A DNA stretch of 64,000 bases from Trypanosoma brucei (Eukaryota): NCBI GenBank assembly GCA_000002445.1, contig CP000071.1, positions 1,184,001 to 1,248,000 of the forward strand, read 5' to 3'. Shown here piece by piece: positions 39,054 through 50,853 of the stretch; the first letter of the stretch is position 1, and each line of letters starts with the position of its first letter. A program made the position numbers and the translations under genes. A model generated the notes under the pieces. The model worked only from the letters and a program-made list of their open reading frames with translations, was not told where the DNA came from and searched no databases.

Positions 39054-42000
39054 TTAAAAACAAAGCTTCAGTGCTTTCGCCGCTTCGTCTCGTACATCTG
39101 CTGATTTGTCTTCCACCAACAATCTCAATAAATCCAACACAACGCCATTCTTTTCTTTTTCAGTGAAGAAAGTCTTTGGCAATGCATTAGAGCCAGTGCT
39201 TCCACCACTCGCGGCGACGCCAGGAGAAATTTCGAGTATACCGTACAACTCCTTCGCCACGACCAACCGCACATTTAGCACAGGGTCGTGACCAAGTTGA
39301 TCAAACAGCGGAAGCAGAATGGATCTCTTATCGACTCCAATGCGTACAGCAATGCGCAGGAGGGAGCTCCTGCTGAGGTACGTGGCCATAGCTTTCGGAG
39401 AGTTCACAATAAGGGGCCACAAGGTGTCGCTGATAAAAACATCATCCTCGTTGTCGTAACAAAAGCGACTGCAAAGTGACTGCTTCTTCCGCAATAGACC
39501 TCCGGTGCCGCTGCCGTGGAGCGGACCACCTCTTCCCACTTCCCGCATCGCACCTGTCAGAATATCTCTGCCCCTGCTACACCTTAACTCATCACTTGAT
39601 GGAGACAGTTCTTGTTTTAGTAGGCGGCGCGCAGCTGATAGTCGTTCACACATATGAACCAACGATTCCAGAGCACTGTCCCGTACAGCCTTCACCTTGT
39701 CAAAGAGTACATCAACAAGCAGCGGAAGCAACTCCTCTTTCGCAAAACAGTGTAAAGGGTCTACCCCATCCTCGGCGAAAACTGCTCCACAGGGCTTTCT
39801 TGCACTTTCGACGTTGCGACTTTCGCGCAAACCAATCTCTAGCAGGTGTACGCTCCGTGGCGTGCGACTGACATCAAGTTCAGCAGCTGCAAGTGAGTTG
39901 GGTGCAAGGAACCTTAAGCACATCTCTGCCAAAAGTGTTGCATACTCTGCTCGATACCGCCATATTTCGTGCTTAGAAAGCCTGTTTAAGCAGGCAGTCA
40001 GTGCACCCTCGCGGAGTTCCAGTGCCTTGCCATTTCCATAACTGCCCATAATGGCCGCCAGTTTCCCAGCACCAGCGGTCCTCGTGGAGAGCAGTGCTAC
40101 CAGCTCCGATACAAGTGACAACTGCACTATTGGACTACAGTCCCCAAGCAACTCCATGAGTAGGCTAGTGGTCCTATTAAGGCAGTCTAACCAATCGGCT
40201 TTGGGAACACCACGTGGATTAAACTCACAAACGGTCACCATGGTGCTGAGCGTCCGCGACAGAACAGATAAAGCAGCAGCGGCCCCTGACCGCACACGTT
40301 CCTCCTTGTCCTGCAAAAGGCCAGCACAACACGCAAACACCACGTCAAACAGTTGCGGGAGATTCTTTGTTACCGTACTTGTAGCAAGTAGTACTTCGTT
40401 TGGGCCAGTGTTACAACTCGAAATACTTTCTTTGGCGCTGCTGCTTTTGTAGTGAACTCCAGGGCTGATGGGATCGTTGTAATAATTACCTGCCGCTGTC
40501 CCCATATCAGGACGGTTTTTATCCGCATTTTTCACACGTAGATCCTTCACCAAACCACCGGGGAACGTAAGCCGGACCATACCTTGTCCAATTGCCGTGA
40601 AAACACGTGCCGCGCATACGCCAATGACACAACGTACTTCCTCTTCCTCATCCTGAGCCATTTCTTGCAGTTCACCGTCTCCCTCCTTCGGGCCTGCCCA
40701 CAGCTCCGTGTGCAAACGGCAGAGATACACCACGCATTCCTCCACCAGTGAGGGGCCATCAATAGGATGGTGACAGCCAATGCGACAAAGCAACATGATG
40801 ATGGAGCCCGTCAACTCAGGAAGTCGCTGCGTTACCAGCCAACGTGTTTTCCAGGAAGGCGCTGAGGCCAAGTGCACGACGCAGTCACGGTAGAGGGAGC
40901 AGAGCTGCCGCAATAGCGATATCTTTTCCCTCAGCGTGAGTCGTGCGCTAGATGTCCCGTCACGCAAGAAGTCTTCTATAGCGTGCGGTCGTTGCAGCTC
41001 ATCCAGCAGTTGTTGCAAGCCATCAAGGACCGCCTCAGAAACAGTGAAGTCGCGGCAAGCGGCACTCTCAAGCATCAGCGCCGCATTGCCAATGAATGGT
41101 TGGGGCGCACTGACCTCCTTCTTTACCGATCTGCTAAAATTCCCCCTACTCTTGTTGCCACCACGGATTCCACCTTCTGGGGAGACGCCGTCATAATTAC
41201 CTCCATCCTGGTGCGGAACGAGGGGAGTGATCGCATGTCTAAAGATATTACACACGGTAAGGAAGCATAAACCAGCTTCATATGCAGTTGCCATTTTGGG
41301 ATTCGATGCGTTGGACCAGTCAAGAAGCAGGGGAAGAGAGCGAAGGATACTCACAAACAGCACGTTCGGCATTCTTTTAGCGTCCGCGGCAGTCAAACAC
41401 GCATCCCAAACGTCTCGCTGAGAGGCGGTGCATCCCGCAAGACCGAGTTGGATGGTGTGACGCCCACTGCCATCATCCACCACGGCATTTGCTGCCTTGC
41501 CAGACTTTGTATCTCCGGAGTCGCTAACATTCTTCGCACTCTCCACTTTCGCTATTGGCGAACCACCACCCCCCGACACAAAAACTTGCGCTTCAACCAA
41601 AAGTTGCATTAGCTCTTTGCAGGGTTCCTGTGTGCAACTGAGAATAGACCGCCCCACATGCGTCCTCGTCGCGACAAAGGTAAACTCCACCAGCTCCTCT
41701 ACAGAATTCATCAGGGTAGATGTGGAAACACCTCTGTTGTTTTCGTCTACGCGCATTGCCCATGTGATAGATGCGAACACATTGCTTACGCACTGCACTG
41801 CGGCGGCCACAGCCGCAACGTAACGCGACCGCAGCATTGTTTCCATAAGTCCAAGAAACATTGTCCATCGGTGATGAAACGCATCACAACGCTCACGGTT
41901 TCCCGAGTAATTAGAAGGGTCGAGGGCGGAGCTACGGGCTATCAAACTTGCTGTAACACCAGGCTCTTCAGCTCGCTCTGATGCATATTTGCAAACGTTG

Positions 42001-42791
42001 TTAAGGTAGTCAGTTATGGCCCCGCGCAGTTTACTTGCGTGAAGGTTTATCTGAAACGGATCCCACACGTCATTAGACGTACCAGCAGCGCAGTGTATAT
42101 CATTGCGGTCATTTATACGTGACCCCTCAAAGCGACCGTTCACTCCACAACGAGTGGAGTCTCCCTGCTTTGAGGTCCGGCCAAACCCTAACTCATCACT
42201 CGCCTCGCTAAAGTCATTGCTGCAAGGAGGAGTTTTTACATACTTCGCCCTCCATTCGCGAAGGTCAACACTACATTCCAGCGAAACGCCGAAGAACAGC
42301 GTTGGGATAACTACTTCAACGAGGAAGTGGCGCACGCCACTATCCGCTGACTCGCCCATGCGTGCAACAACGGGGATCAGATCCCTTATTGTTAGAGGCG
42401 AAGAGGAAGATGTGCGCAACGAGCCAAAGTCCATGACGGTTAGACCAACTGAAAAGCTGAGTTCTGCATCTTCCTCCTCCAAGCAACGCAGCAGGTATGG
42501 TACTACCTCTTGCCTTGCCCACTCTTCACCCATAGCTAACGACAGTGCCATTAGACGTCGCACCGCAGCGTACCGCGCCTGCTGCCGTTCTGGTGGCTCT
42601 TCATCAAGTTCCTCAGTTGCCCCTGCCGTAAGCGGGAGTTCGTTGAACGACTGATCGTCCGAGAACGCCAATGATCCTACGCTGCTACCGGCATGGGTTT
42701 CTCCAAAGTTGTTGACGCTGGGGTCTGAGGGTGGAAGTGGCCAGTGGATGAGGTCTTGAATGACTGAGAAGGCTACTGTGCTGTTTTCCAT
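39054..42791 (-). CDS. Large 1245-aa protein of HEAT/ARM-repeat type. Conserved hypothetical.
   Basis: The ATG was verified. It has repetitive alpha-helical LxxLLxxL composition throughout. The C-terminus (VVLDLLRLLVEDKSADVRDEAAKALKLCF) is typical of HEAT repeats. Confidence 0.6.
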   Translation of the reverse strand: MENSTVAFSVIQDLIHWPLPPSDPSVNNFGETHAGSSVGSLAFSDDQSFNELPLTAGATEELDEEPPERQQARYAAVRRLMALSLAMGEEWARQEVVPYLLRCLEEEDAELSFSVGLTVMDFGSLRTSSSSPLTIRDLIPVVARMGESADSGVRHFLVEVVIPTLFFGVSLECSVDLREWRAKYVKTPPCSNDFSEASDELGFGRTSKQGDSTRCGVNGRFEGSRINDRNDIHCAAGTSNDVWDPFQINLHASKLRGAITDYLNNVCKYASERAEEPGVTASLIARSSALDPSNYSGNRERCDAFHHRWTMFLGLMETMLRSRYVAAVAAAVQCVSNVFASITWAMRVDENNRGVSTSTLMNSVEELVEFTFVATRTHVGRSILSCTQEPCKELMQLLVEAQVFVSGGGGSPIAKVESAKNVSDSGDTKSGKAANAVVDDGSGRHTIQLGLAGCTASQRDVWDACLTAADAKRMPNVLFVSILRSLPLLLDWSNASNPKMATAYEAGLCFLTVCNIFRHAITPLVPHQDGGNYDGVSPEGGIRGGNKSRGNFSRSVKKEVSAPQPFIGNAALMLESAACRDFTVSEAVLDGLQQLLDELQRPHAIEDFLRDGTSSARLTLREKISLLRQLCSLYRDCVVHLASAPSWKTRWLVTQRLPELTGSIIMLLCRIGCHHPIDGPSLVEECVVYLCRLHTELWAGPKEGDGELQEMAQDEEEEVRCVIGVCAARVFTAIGQGMVRLTFPGGLVKDLRVKNADKNRPDMGTAAGNYYNDPISPGVHYKSSSAKESISSCNTGPNEVLLATSTVTKNLPQLFDVVFACCAGLLQDKEERVRSGAAAALSVLSRTLSTMVTVCEFNPRGVPKADWLDCLNRTTSLLMELLGDCSPIVQLSLVSELVALLSTRTAGAGKLAAIMGSYGNGKALELREGALTACLNRLSKHEIWRYRAEYATLLAEMCLRFLAPNSLAAAELDVSRTPRSVHLLEIGLRESRNVESARKPCGAVFAEDGVDPLHCFAKEELLPLLVDVLFDKVKAVRDSALESLVHMCERLSAARRLLKQELSPSSDELRCSRGRDILTGAMREVGRGGPLHGSGTGGLLRKKQSLCSRFCYDNEDDVFISDTLWPLIVNSPKAMATYLSRSSLLRIAVRIGVDKRSILLPLFDQLGHDPVLNVRLVVAKELYGILEISPGVAASGGSTGSNALPKTFFTEKEKNGVVLDLLRLLVEDKSADVRDEAAKALKLCF

Positions 42792-43485
42792 CGTTCAGCG
42801 GTGTGACGCACCCAGGAATATGGCGAATAAGTATGGATATTATATATAAGAAGAATGAGCGTCACTGCTTACTTCACTACACCCAACCGTCCTCCTCTCC
42901 CTTTTCTATATAGAAATGAAAAAGAAATATATACTCTAGGGTAATATGTCTGTTGTTTTTCTCTGTGCACCCACGCGTTGCAAGAAATCGCGATATATCA
43001 ATTTGCCTTTTGGATTTGCCAACGTCCCCACCTCCAACTTTCTGTGTCTACCCTTACAAGCGAGTACAACAAGGCTTGTACACGATAACTTCCCGCAACC
43101 ACGCCTGCCATGAAGGTGAAAGAAAGAAAAAATGACAGAGAGCAAAGAGTAAAGGGACATGTGACATACACACGCAAAAAGAAATATCGTCTTGCACATG
43201 TGTGTGCTCATTTTGGAATTTAGCAGTGCAATCCATGCTTCCTTTTTTTTTGTTCGGCTGAGTTGTTGTGCAGGTCCTGCATTATGATAATAATTATGTT
43301 TAATCGAGCATGAAGATCCGTGATAACAGAAATAGGGCGATAGAAGGTGAGGTTTGAGCAGTGATTGACGAAACCGTGCTTTTGCATAGGTGGCACTTAG
43401 GTCCCCGAAGCGCGACAAACTTATTCGCCTCTTCGTCGTCAAAATCCCACCCCGGACGCCGCTGCTTCCGCCTTGACGTACTTCC

Positions 43486-46059
43486 TTACGATTCGTCCAG
43501 CTTGGCATACTGTATTACAAGATGTCTCCCATACAAATGCGTAGATCCGAGTGTTTGCTTTGCACGGCGAGCCTCCTCCTCCGTGAGAAATTCCACAAAA
43601 GCAAAGCCACGATGATTGTTCTCACGATGCGAGGAAAACTGGTGGCTTTTGCGGGGGAGCCGTACACTACGTACCTCACTAACGGCGGTGAATAAGTCGC
43701 GAATGTCACGTTCAGTAGCTTCAAAAGGAACGTTCTTTACGACGAGCTTTAGACCATCGCATCCCGGGGGCACATTAGAATCACTACTAATGTTTCCGTT
43801 GCTTTGACCGGCGCCCCTTCTCGAAATGACGTTGAAAACCTTCGCCACACCGTCTTCACCATCCCCGTCTCCATTACCGGCAGCTCGTGACGCCGGGGAA
43901 GCGCCGTTAATCGCAGCGGTTGTTTGCTTGCTCACAACACAAGCCAGTGTTCTTCCCGCCATAGTTCTTCCGTTCAGCCGCTGCTGGACGTAGGACATAG
44001 TGCTTGCATCGCGGAGGGTAAGAAATGCTCGTCCTTTTCCTTGTTCCAATTCCAATCGCTCCACAAACTTATCAGGTGCCCTCGCCAATCGCGGGCAAGA
44101 GTCCAACAGGAAAGTGTTGAAGTCTTCCTTCGTGGAATTAAAAGGGATGTTAGTTATAAATAGCGTAAAGTGTGGAGTACCCGCCGCCACGCCAACATGG
44201 TTGCCATCCTCGTCCACGTCATCGACCCTGCCATTCCCGCTGTGGGAAGGGACCCGGTCGTTGCAATCACCTCCGTCTTCTGCGGTAGAGAGAGAACCGA
44301 TAGGAGCCCACTCTAAAAATAACGGTGCATTTTTGAAGAGTTTATACGACAGGCGCTGGAAGGCAACTCGTGCATCCTGTTGATGCACGTAGCGGAACAG
44401 TGCGAAGGCCCCTGCCGATGGAAATGCTGTAGCTTCCAACGTCCCATATTTCAAGAACATCTTACTGAGCTGCGCCGCATATGCCGGATCGCCCAACGTA
44501 ACATTCTTCACTAAAATGGTAGTATTACTACGCGCTTTCAAAAGGTTTTCGCGTGCACTTTCCAGCAGACTAAAGTCAATTCCCTCGTCGCCCAGCACTT
44601 CCTTTATCTCTGATGTAAGATACGCCTCAGCTATTGCCGCCCGCACTGCCGCACCACGGGCGTCAACCGAAACAACAGCGTCCGCGGTTACTCCAAGTCG
44701 TTTTGCCACAGTTTCCACTGCCGTGTGACTGTTCATATACGTTGAGCTCCATGCCACTGGTGCAACACCGGATGTCCCCTCTCCCTCTTTGCGCCTGTCC
44801 TTCGCTTTCTGCCGTTTGAATTCGCTATTCCCAGCCAACCCTCCTGCGGTCTCCTCGCTCCTCTTGGCGTATGGATCCTCAGTGGCGGCTGAAACTCGCA
44901 AGAGGCGACCCATAAAGATGGCCCCTTGGCAACGGGAAAGGGCATTAACCGCATCTTCCACCCGGGCAAACTTTACGAAGGCAGCACCCTTGCTCTGTTT
45001 GGTGTCACGAGTGAGTGGTATATGAACAGCCTCCACAGGTCCGACGTGGGAAGAGGCGAACTGCTTCACATCTTCTTCGGTCGCAATAAACGGTATGTTA
45101 CCTAAGCGGATGCGGCGACTTTCCCGCACAACCTCCTCCTGGTCGTCTCTGGGAGAGGGGTTCTCAGGACATAAAAGTTGATCCTCCTCACTCTCGTCAC
45201 CTTTTTCTAGCACTTCTCCCTTTCTTTTGTCACTACCGCCACCCCCCGATGCGTCATTGCTACTGCAGGCTTGGTTAGCCGACTCCTTTGCTAAGGAAGA
45301 CAAGAAATCCATGTCACTTATTTCCCCAAGTTTCTTCTGTCGTTCAAGTGCTTTTTCCAACTCAATGTTGGGATCTTCCTGTTCCTTCTTTCCCTGTGGC
45401 TCGGCATCGCCATTCCCGCCGTCGCAATCTCCGGTTGGGGATGCTTCCGCGTCTGCGGAAAGCTCCGGCACTAGTACTTCAGTGGCCCATGTTGGTCCTG
45501 TTGTTGCTCGTATCCTTTCAGTAACGAACTCTTCTCGCCGCTTCCTCTTCTTGGCATCTTCCTCACTCTCTCCAGCACCATCCGCATTTGGAGCCTTTCC
45601 ATCTTTTGTTCCCAATTCCACATCCCTTGCACGTTTCTCGCCTATGCCCTCATATTTTATTGTTGAACTTTGATTATTCTCCTCTTGTTCTTCCTTTCCC
45701 AACTTTTTCCGCATGTTTGTCGTAACACCCACATCAGCAAGGCCCTTCGCCACATGCACCTGCAACTTGGCCTCACCAAAGTACGTTCCATCCAGGTGCC
45801 GCACGATGAAGTGGCCGCTTGCAGCGTTTCGAAATCCAATGAAAGCCATTCGGATGACGCCCTTCTCTGAAGCATCTGGCGCAGGTGATTTCCGCGGGGT
45901 TCCCCTTCCCCGTGCACCCGGTCGTGGGGCACGCTTGAGAATAACACAATCCGTTATTTCGATATGAGGCCCATCGGGGGGAAGCGACTTGAGCAGGTTG
46001 CTTCGAAGCTGATCCTCCGTACAGTTGCGTGGTAGGTTCAAAATACGTACGCGAGACAT
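43486..46059 (-). CDS. Multiple-RRM RNA-binding protein of 857 aa with five RRMs, Mrd1 / RBM19-like (pre-rRNA processing factor type).
   Basis: The ATG was verified. RRM-like modules occur at the N-terminus (RVRILNLP...MAFIGF), in the middle (RIRLGNIPFIATEEDVKQF...KGAAFVKF; TILVKNV...FALFRY; LFITNIPFNSTKEDF...GRAFLTL) and at the C-terminus (LVVKNVPFEATERDIRDLF...RGFAFVEF). Acidic and lysine-rich linkers lie between them. Confidence 0.7.
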   Translation of the reverse strand: MSRVRILNLPRNCTEDQLRSNLLKSLPPDGPHIEITDCVILKRAPRPGARGRGTPRKSPAPDASEKGVIRMAFIGFRNAASGHFIVRHLDGTYFGEAKLQVHVAKGLADVGVTTNMRKKLGKEEQEENNQSSTIKYEGIGEKRARDVELGTKDGKAPNADGAGESEEDAKKRKRREEFVTERIRATTGPTWATEVLVPELSADAEASPTGDCDGGNGDAEPQGKKEQEDPNIELEKALERQKKLGEISDMDFLSSLAKESANQACSSNDASGGGGSDKRKGEVLEKGDESEEDQLLCPENPSPRDDQEEVVRESRRIRLGNIPFIATEEDVKQFASSHVGPVEAVHIPLTRDTKQSKGAAFVKFARVEDAVNALSRCQGAIFMGRLLRVSAATEDPYAKRSEETAGGLAGNSEFKRQKAKDRRKEGEGTSGVAPVAWSSTYMNSHTAVETVAKRLGVTADAVVSVDARGAAVRAAIAEAYLTSEIKEVLGDEGIDFSLLESARENLLKARSNTTILVKNVTLGDPAYAAQLSKMFLKYGTLEATAFPSAGAFALFRYVHQQDARVAFQRLSYKLFKNAPLFLEWAPIGSLSTAEDGGDCNDRVPSHSGNGRVDDVDEDGNHVGVAAGTPHFTLFITNIPFNSTKEDFNTFLLDSCPRLARAPDKFVERLELEQGKGRAFLTLRDASTMSYVQQRLNGRTMAGRTLACVVSKQTTAAINGASPASRAAGNGDGDGEDGVAKVFNVISRRGAGQSNGNISSDSNVPPGCDGLKLVVKNVPFEATERDIRDLFTAVSEVRSVRLPRKSHQFSSHRENNHRGFAFVEFLTEEEARRAKQTLGSTHLYGRHLVIQYAKLDES

Positions 46060-47380
46060 GCGGTGCCGGACCGACGTGAATGGTTCTCAAAAGCAACCCG
46101 TACACTGAAGTAAAGGCGAGAAAAGAAGGCCAAGGAGGGCGACAAAACCCTTTCCCTTGTACTCAATGTGCTTGTACAGCTCCTATCACACCAGCCCTAC
46201 TAAATTCCCTATTATTTTCTCGACTTTTCCCCTCTTCCACCAGTGAAAGGGGTAACCACTTCTACACACTACTAAAAATTAACAAAGGGATATCAAACGT
46301 CCATATGTTTTTTTTGTAACAAGTGGAAGAACCGGCGGTGGCACGTGCGAGAAAGAGTAATTTTTTTTCTCCATGTTGAAACTAAGTTCTTAAAATCTTC
46401 ACCTCGGTGTGACTCGTTTGAAACCCAACCGACGTGATTTGGCTGTAAGCTGTCTATTTTATGATTTTTCTCGCGTACCCACTCATACGCATACCGATCT
46501 GAAAGTACACAAAATGTGGGCGAACATCGCATCATGTCACTTTTTCCCTTCCTTTTTATCCCTTCTATTCTTCCTGCGCAGGTTGGGAAACATAGCGTCA
46601 ATTAAGTAGGCGTTTGCACTCTTCACAATCCAGCCCCTCCCTGCAAGGTCCGTCCCGGCACATATACGGGGCGGCAAGATACGGTGCTGCCTTTAACCAA
46701 GATCCACTAGGGCAACTCAGTCACTCAACTCGGAGTTGCCAGAAACATAACTCAACGACTCGTTTTGTTTTTTTTTTGTCAATATTCATTCGCCGCACCA
46801 AACATAACTGCCTGCAGCCATTTGCTTCCACCTTCCTCACCTCAAGCAAAATAGAGGAAAGGAGGAGAACTAATAGCGGACCCTACACGTATCCACCCGC
46901 GACCAATACTCCGGTGAGAAGGGTTGCAACCCCGCGACGTCGGGGTAGGTGAAAAGAAAGGCAGCGCAACATGAGAAGCTAACCACGTAGAAGAACGACC
47001 TCATCAATAAAATTACCAAAATGATTTTGCCAATAAACGTAGGCACATTCTCCAAACCCATTTTGTACCAGGCGAGCTAGTCGTCACGACTGATGTTGTA
47101 GATCAATTTTCCTGACTGCGCCTAATGTCCTCCTAGTCTACCTGGTTACTGACTCGGCAGAGAAATCACCAAAAGGTAAACAACCACCGGAAAGAGCAGA
47201 ACGTGACAAAAAAGAAACAAACAAAGATAAGCAGAAGACGACAAAAGGGGCTGAAACACGTATCATATTGATGTTCCACAGATTTATATGGAGAAAAATA
47301 ACAGTCGATGGCCAACGCCTCACCCCCTCCTCCCACCGGACCCATCAGCCAAAGTAACTCGCGTATCTCGTGACTTAATT

Positions 47381-48058
47381 TCAAACAACTGACAAATCCT
47401 TCCGTTTTCTCTTTCCCAGAGGTGCGTTTGTATTCTCACGACGGTAAAATTGCTGAAGCAGTACCACCGCCTCCTCCGCCCTATAACCACCGCAGCTTTC
47501 ATATCCAATTAGTGCAGCATCCTCACCACTACAACCCTTGTAAGAGTTGTGTACGGAAAGGACGGTACCATTCCCCCCAAAACGGGGGTTAGTGCAACCG
47601 AAGTAGACCTTCCGCACACGGTTGTATAAAAGCATTGCAGCACACATAATACAGGGCTCCACCACTACATACAGAACATAATCCGCAAGGTCCTGTGAAA
47701 CTGCTCCGCAGTTGCCTCCTCCTCCTATATTTTCACTCGTCCCTGCTGTCGCTTGTCGCAGGAGTTCCTCCACTGCAACAAACTCTGCGTGGGCCAACGC
47801 ATGTCCCTTCCTGTTGGTAGCGTTACGTCCTCGTGCCACAATTAACTTTTGTAAGGCCAAATCATCTCCTGCTTGTGCCTGAGCAGCGGTGGAGGAATCC
47901 GCTTTTACCAACACACATCCAACCGGTACTTCACCTTCTTCTAATGCACATGTTGCTTCCTTTAGAGCAGCCTGCATAAAGACATCACAATACACAACAC
48001 TTTCATTCGCCTCCGCTGTACCTTTTAAATTTGTGTCCTTGCCTGTATCTTGCACCAT
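47381..48058 (-). CDS. ADAT2: tRNA-specific adenosine deaminase subunit ADAT2/Tad2-like, of the cytidine/deoxycytidylate deaminase zinc-binding family. About 225 aa.
   Basis: The zinc-ligand motifs are HAEFVAVEEL (H-A-E) and PCIMCAAML (PCxxC). The C-terminus is basic (KRKRK). The track ORF begins at TTG (48139), and the first ATG is at 48058-48056. Confidence 0.7.
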   Translation of the reverse strand: MVQDTGKDTNLKGTAEANESVVYCDVFMQAALKEATCALEEGEVPVGCVLVKADSSTAAQAQAGDDLALQKLIVARGRNATNRKGHALAHAEFVAVEELLRQATAGTSENIGGGGNCGAVSQDLADYVLYVVVEPCIMCAAMLLYNRVRKVYFGCTNPRFGGNGTVLSVHNSYKGCSGEDAALIGYESCGGYRAEEAVVLLQQFYRRENTNAPLGKRKRKDLSVV

Positions 48059-49364
48059 TGGTGCTAAAGAATAAGTGAATAATAATAATAATAATAATTG
48101 AGCAACACAATCAATAAAAGAGAAAGAGGTGGGAACCAAATTAAAAAAAAAAAGTGTAGAGCGAGTTGAAAGAAGATTGGCATCTCACAATAACAACCGT
48201 GTGTGTGTGTATTTGAACTAGGAAAGACGTGTAGATGCCGAGCACAAACCATCCCTGCTAAGATCCAACAAAGTTTGACAGCGTATTGGTTGACGGGAAT
48301 ATAACTTTGTTGAGTTACAAGAGGGCGAATCGTAGATGCGTAAAAGTACGTGTGAAGGGAGGAAGTTTATAAATAAATAAATTATTGTATTTATAAAATT
48401 GTTCCGAGAGGGAGGCTACGAAGGTAGGTAAAAAAGCAAACGCATCAAGTAATATCAACTGCACCATTGTTCCACATCCAAGCTGTCCTTTTTGCTTCCT
48501 CCTTCCATGCATCTGTTCACTTCTTTCATTATTTAATTTTTTTTAGTATATAAATAAACATACGAAAAAATGTTCTGTCCTCCGTTCCGAATGTTTTCTT
48601 TTTTTTTTTTTCATGCGCTTCATCTTTCAGTTGCTCCTTGCCTCCCTTTTCCTTCCCGAGTTTTTTTTTCCTTTTCCTTTTTTTCTTTTTTAACTTTCCT
48701 TCGGTTCTGCTGCAGCGCCAATAGTACAATTACGGGAGACGTACTCTGCAGGCTTCACCGCCATCTCCGTTGAATCACCCACAGTAAAAATTGAAGGTAA
48801 TCTATGAGTAGCGGAGACGTTAACGGGGGGAAAAAAAGAAAAAAAAACAGTAGTCTACAAGGAAGAGTTTAATGCTTTGATGAAGTATACAAATATCCTC
48901 GAGGTTAGGTTTGTTGTAGAGTCTTCTTTCCATCGTCATGATTCCAAAAGTATCACTCTCTTTTCTTTTCTTTTTTTTCTCTGCTCTCCCTTGGGTTTTA
49001 CCGGGTGTGAGAAAAAAGATGGATGAATCACTCAAACAAATGAATGACGGACGAATGGCTACTGCCACACTTCCTTTTCAACCACCACAACACTTGAAGG
49101 GATAATCAAAGAAGTCAAACAAATGCACAAACACAAACACAAGCACATAAACGAAACAATAACAACACAACTATGAACGTATTCGAAATGTAATGCATCG
49201 ACATGACTGATTGCAAAAGGGATATTCGGTTCAAAGGACTGGAAATGACAAGGAGAGTCAACAAACAAATAACCGATCGAAAAATTAAGAAGAAAAGAAA
49301 AAAAAGACAGGAAAACAACGCCATATACCGAACTGTTTTGTGTCTAAAAGAGGGGAAACCATAA

Positions 49365-49387
49365 TATATATATATATATATATATAT
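49365..49387. repeat. (TA)12 microsatellite.
   Basis: The sequence reads atatatatatatatatatatatat. Further (TA)n blocks lie at 49548-49568, 56150-56176, 57999-58021 and 58960-58978. Confidence 0.85.
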
Positions 49388-50853
49388 GTTCTCGTCGTAC
49401 ACTTTACATTCTTTTTTTGTTTTCATTTTATTTCACTATACGCTGCTTTCTTTTGTCACTCCTTCACTCCTAATCCAGCTCCCACACGCAGTAGTGTTGC
49501 AGCGCCGTGCATACATAAATAAATAAATATATATATAAATAAATAAATATATATATATATATATATATTAATATATAAATGTACGTAAACTTCTGGTGCT
49601 GCTGCTTCTTTTTCTTTTTTCTTATTCTTTCGTCCAAGTGTCCTACATAACATAAACAAGGAAAAAAAAAGGAGGGTAAAAGTATGGAGTGAAATTAATA
49701 TAAATACACACAAAAATAAGGAAAGGAGGAGTCGGGGGGAAGGGAAAGGAGGAAAACAAAAAAAAAAAAAAGAAAAGAAAAAGCATTACGATATACTAAA
49801 TCTTTCTCTCTTTAGATACTTCCTACCCTTCACATCTGTACACGCAAGGACATATATGTTCGACACATACATAAATCAAAATAAATAAAAAAAAACAAAA
49901 AAAAACAGAACAGATCAGTCGCTCACAGATTGTTATCATCTGCATTATGTGCTTCGACACTAACACGTTTTCAGTGCTTCCCAAACTGGAAAAGAAACGT
50001 GTTAGTGTCTCTCTTTTTTTTTTTTAAAAAAAAATGTACAATAAAGTAAACACAATAATAACAGCAGTAACAGTGAACAGCGCAATATATGATGAGGGAA
50101 GGAAGGAGGATAAGGAGACATTATCTAAGCATTGTTATTAACACAGTAGTGGAGGCGCTGAAATAAAACTGTATAAAGCAACTATACGCATCATAAATAT
50201 TGAAACATGTTTCAGAAAGAGTTATGTGATTTTTTTGTTTTTTGTTTTTTTAAACGTCTCGTTTCTTCATTATTTCACCACACCTTTCAAATACACACAT
50301 GCACACATGCCCGTATCATCATACATCACAGGAGCGTGTACGACTGTGTCTTGACGGAGTTATTTTCTCCGCATTTCTCATCTTCTCGTTCCACCAACAA
50401 AAAAGTTTCACTCCTTCCTGTGTTATTTATTTATTTACTTATTTTCCTCCTCCATCCATCAGCATTCCACTGTGCAAGAGGAGAACAGACGTCTAATAAT
50501 GGATAAAGAAAGGGGAAGTAAATATAAACAAAACAAACAAACATTATTTGATTATGTTGACGCAAGGTAAACGAGGAGAAAACAACCGAAGGTGTGAGGA
50601 CCGGAAATAACTCTTGACATTATGTTGCTTAAAAATCTGCAACTCCACACGCTTCATATAATGCACTTATATAAATAAATATATAAATATATATTGTGTG
50701 CATACACGCATGCATGCATTTCCCTCGTCTATTTGTTCTTCTTTTTTTCTTTTCGAATTTTTAATATCATTTTTTTATTTTATTTTTTTTTAAAAATTTC
50801 TCCCACCTCCTCAGCTCCGCTTCGCAAGCGACGAAATTATGATATAATAACAT

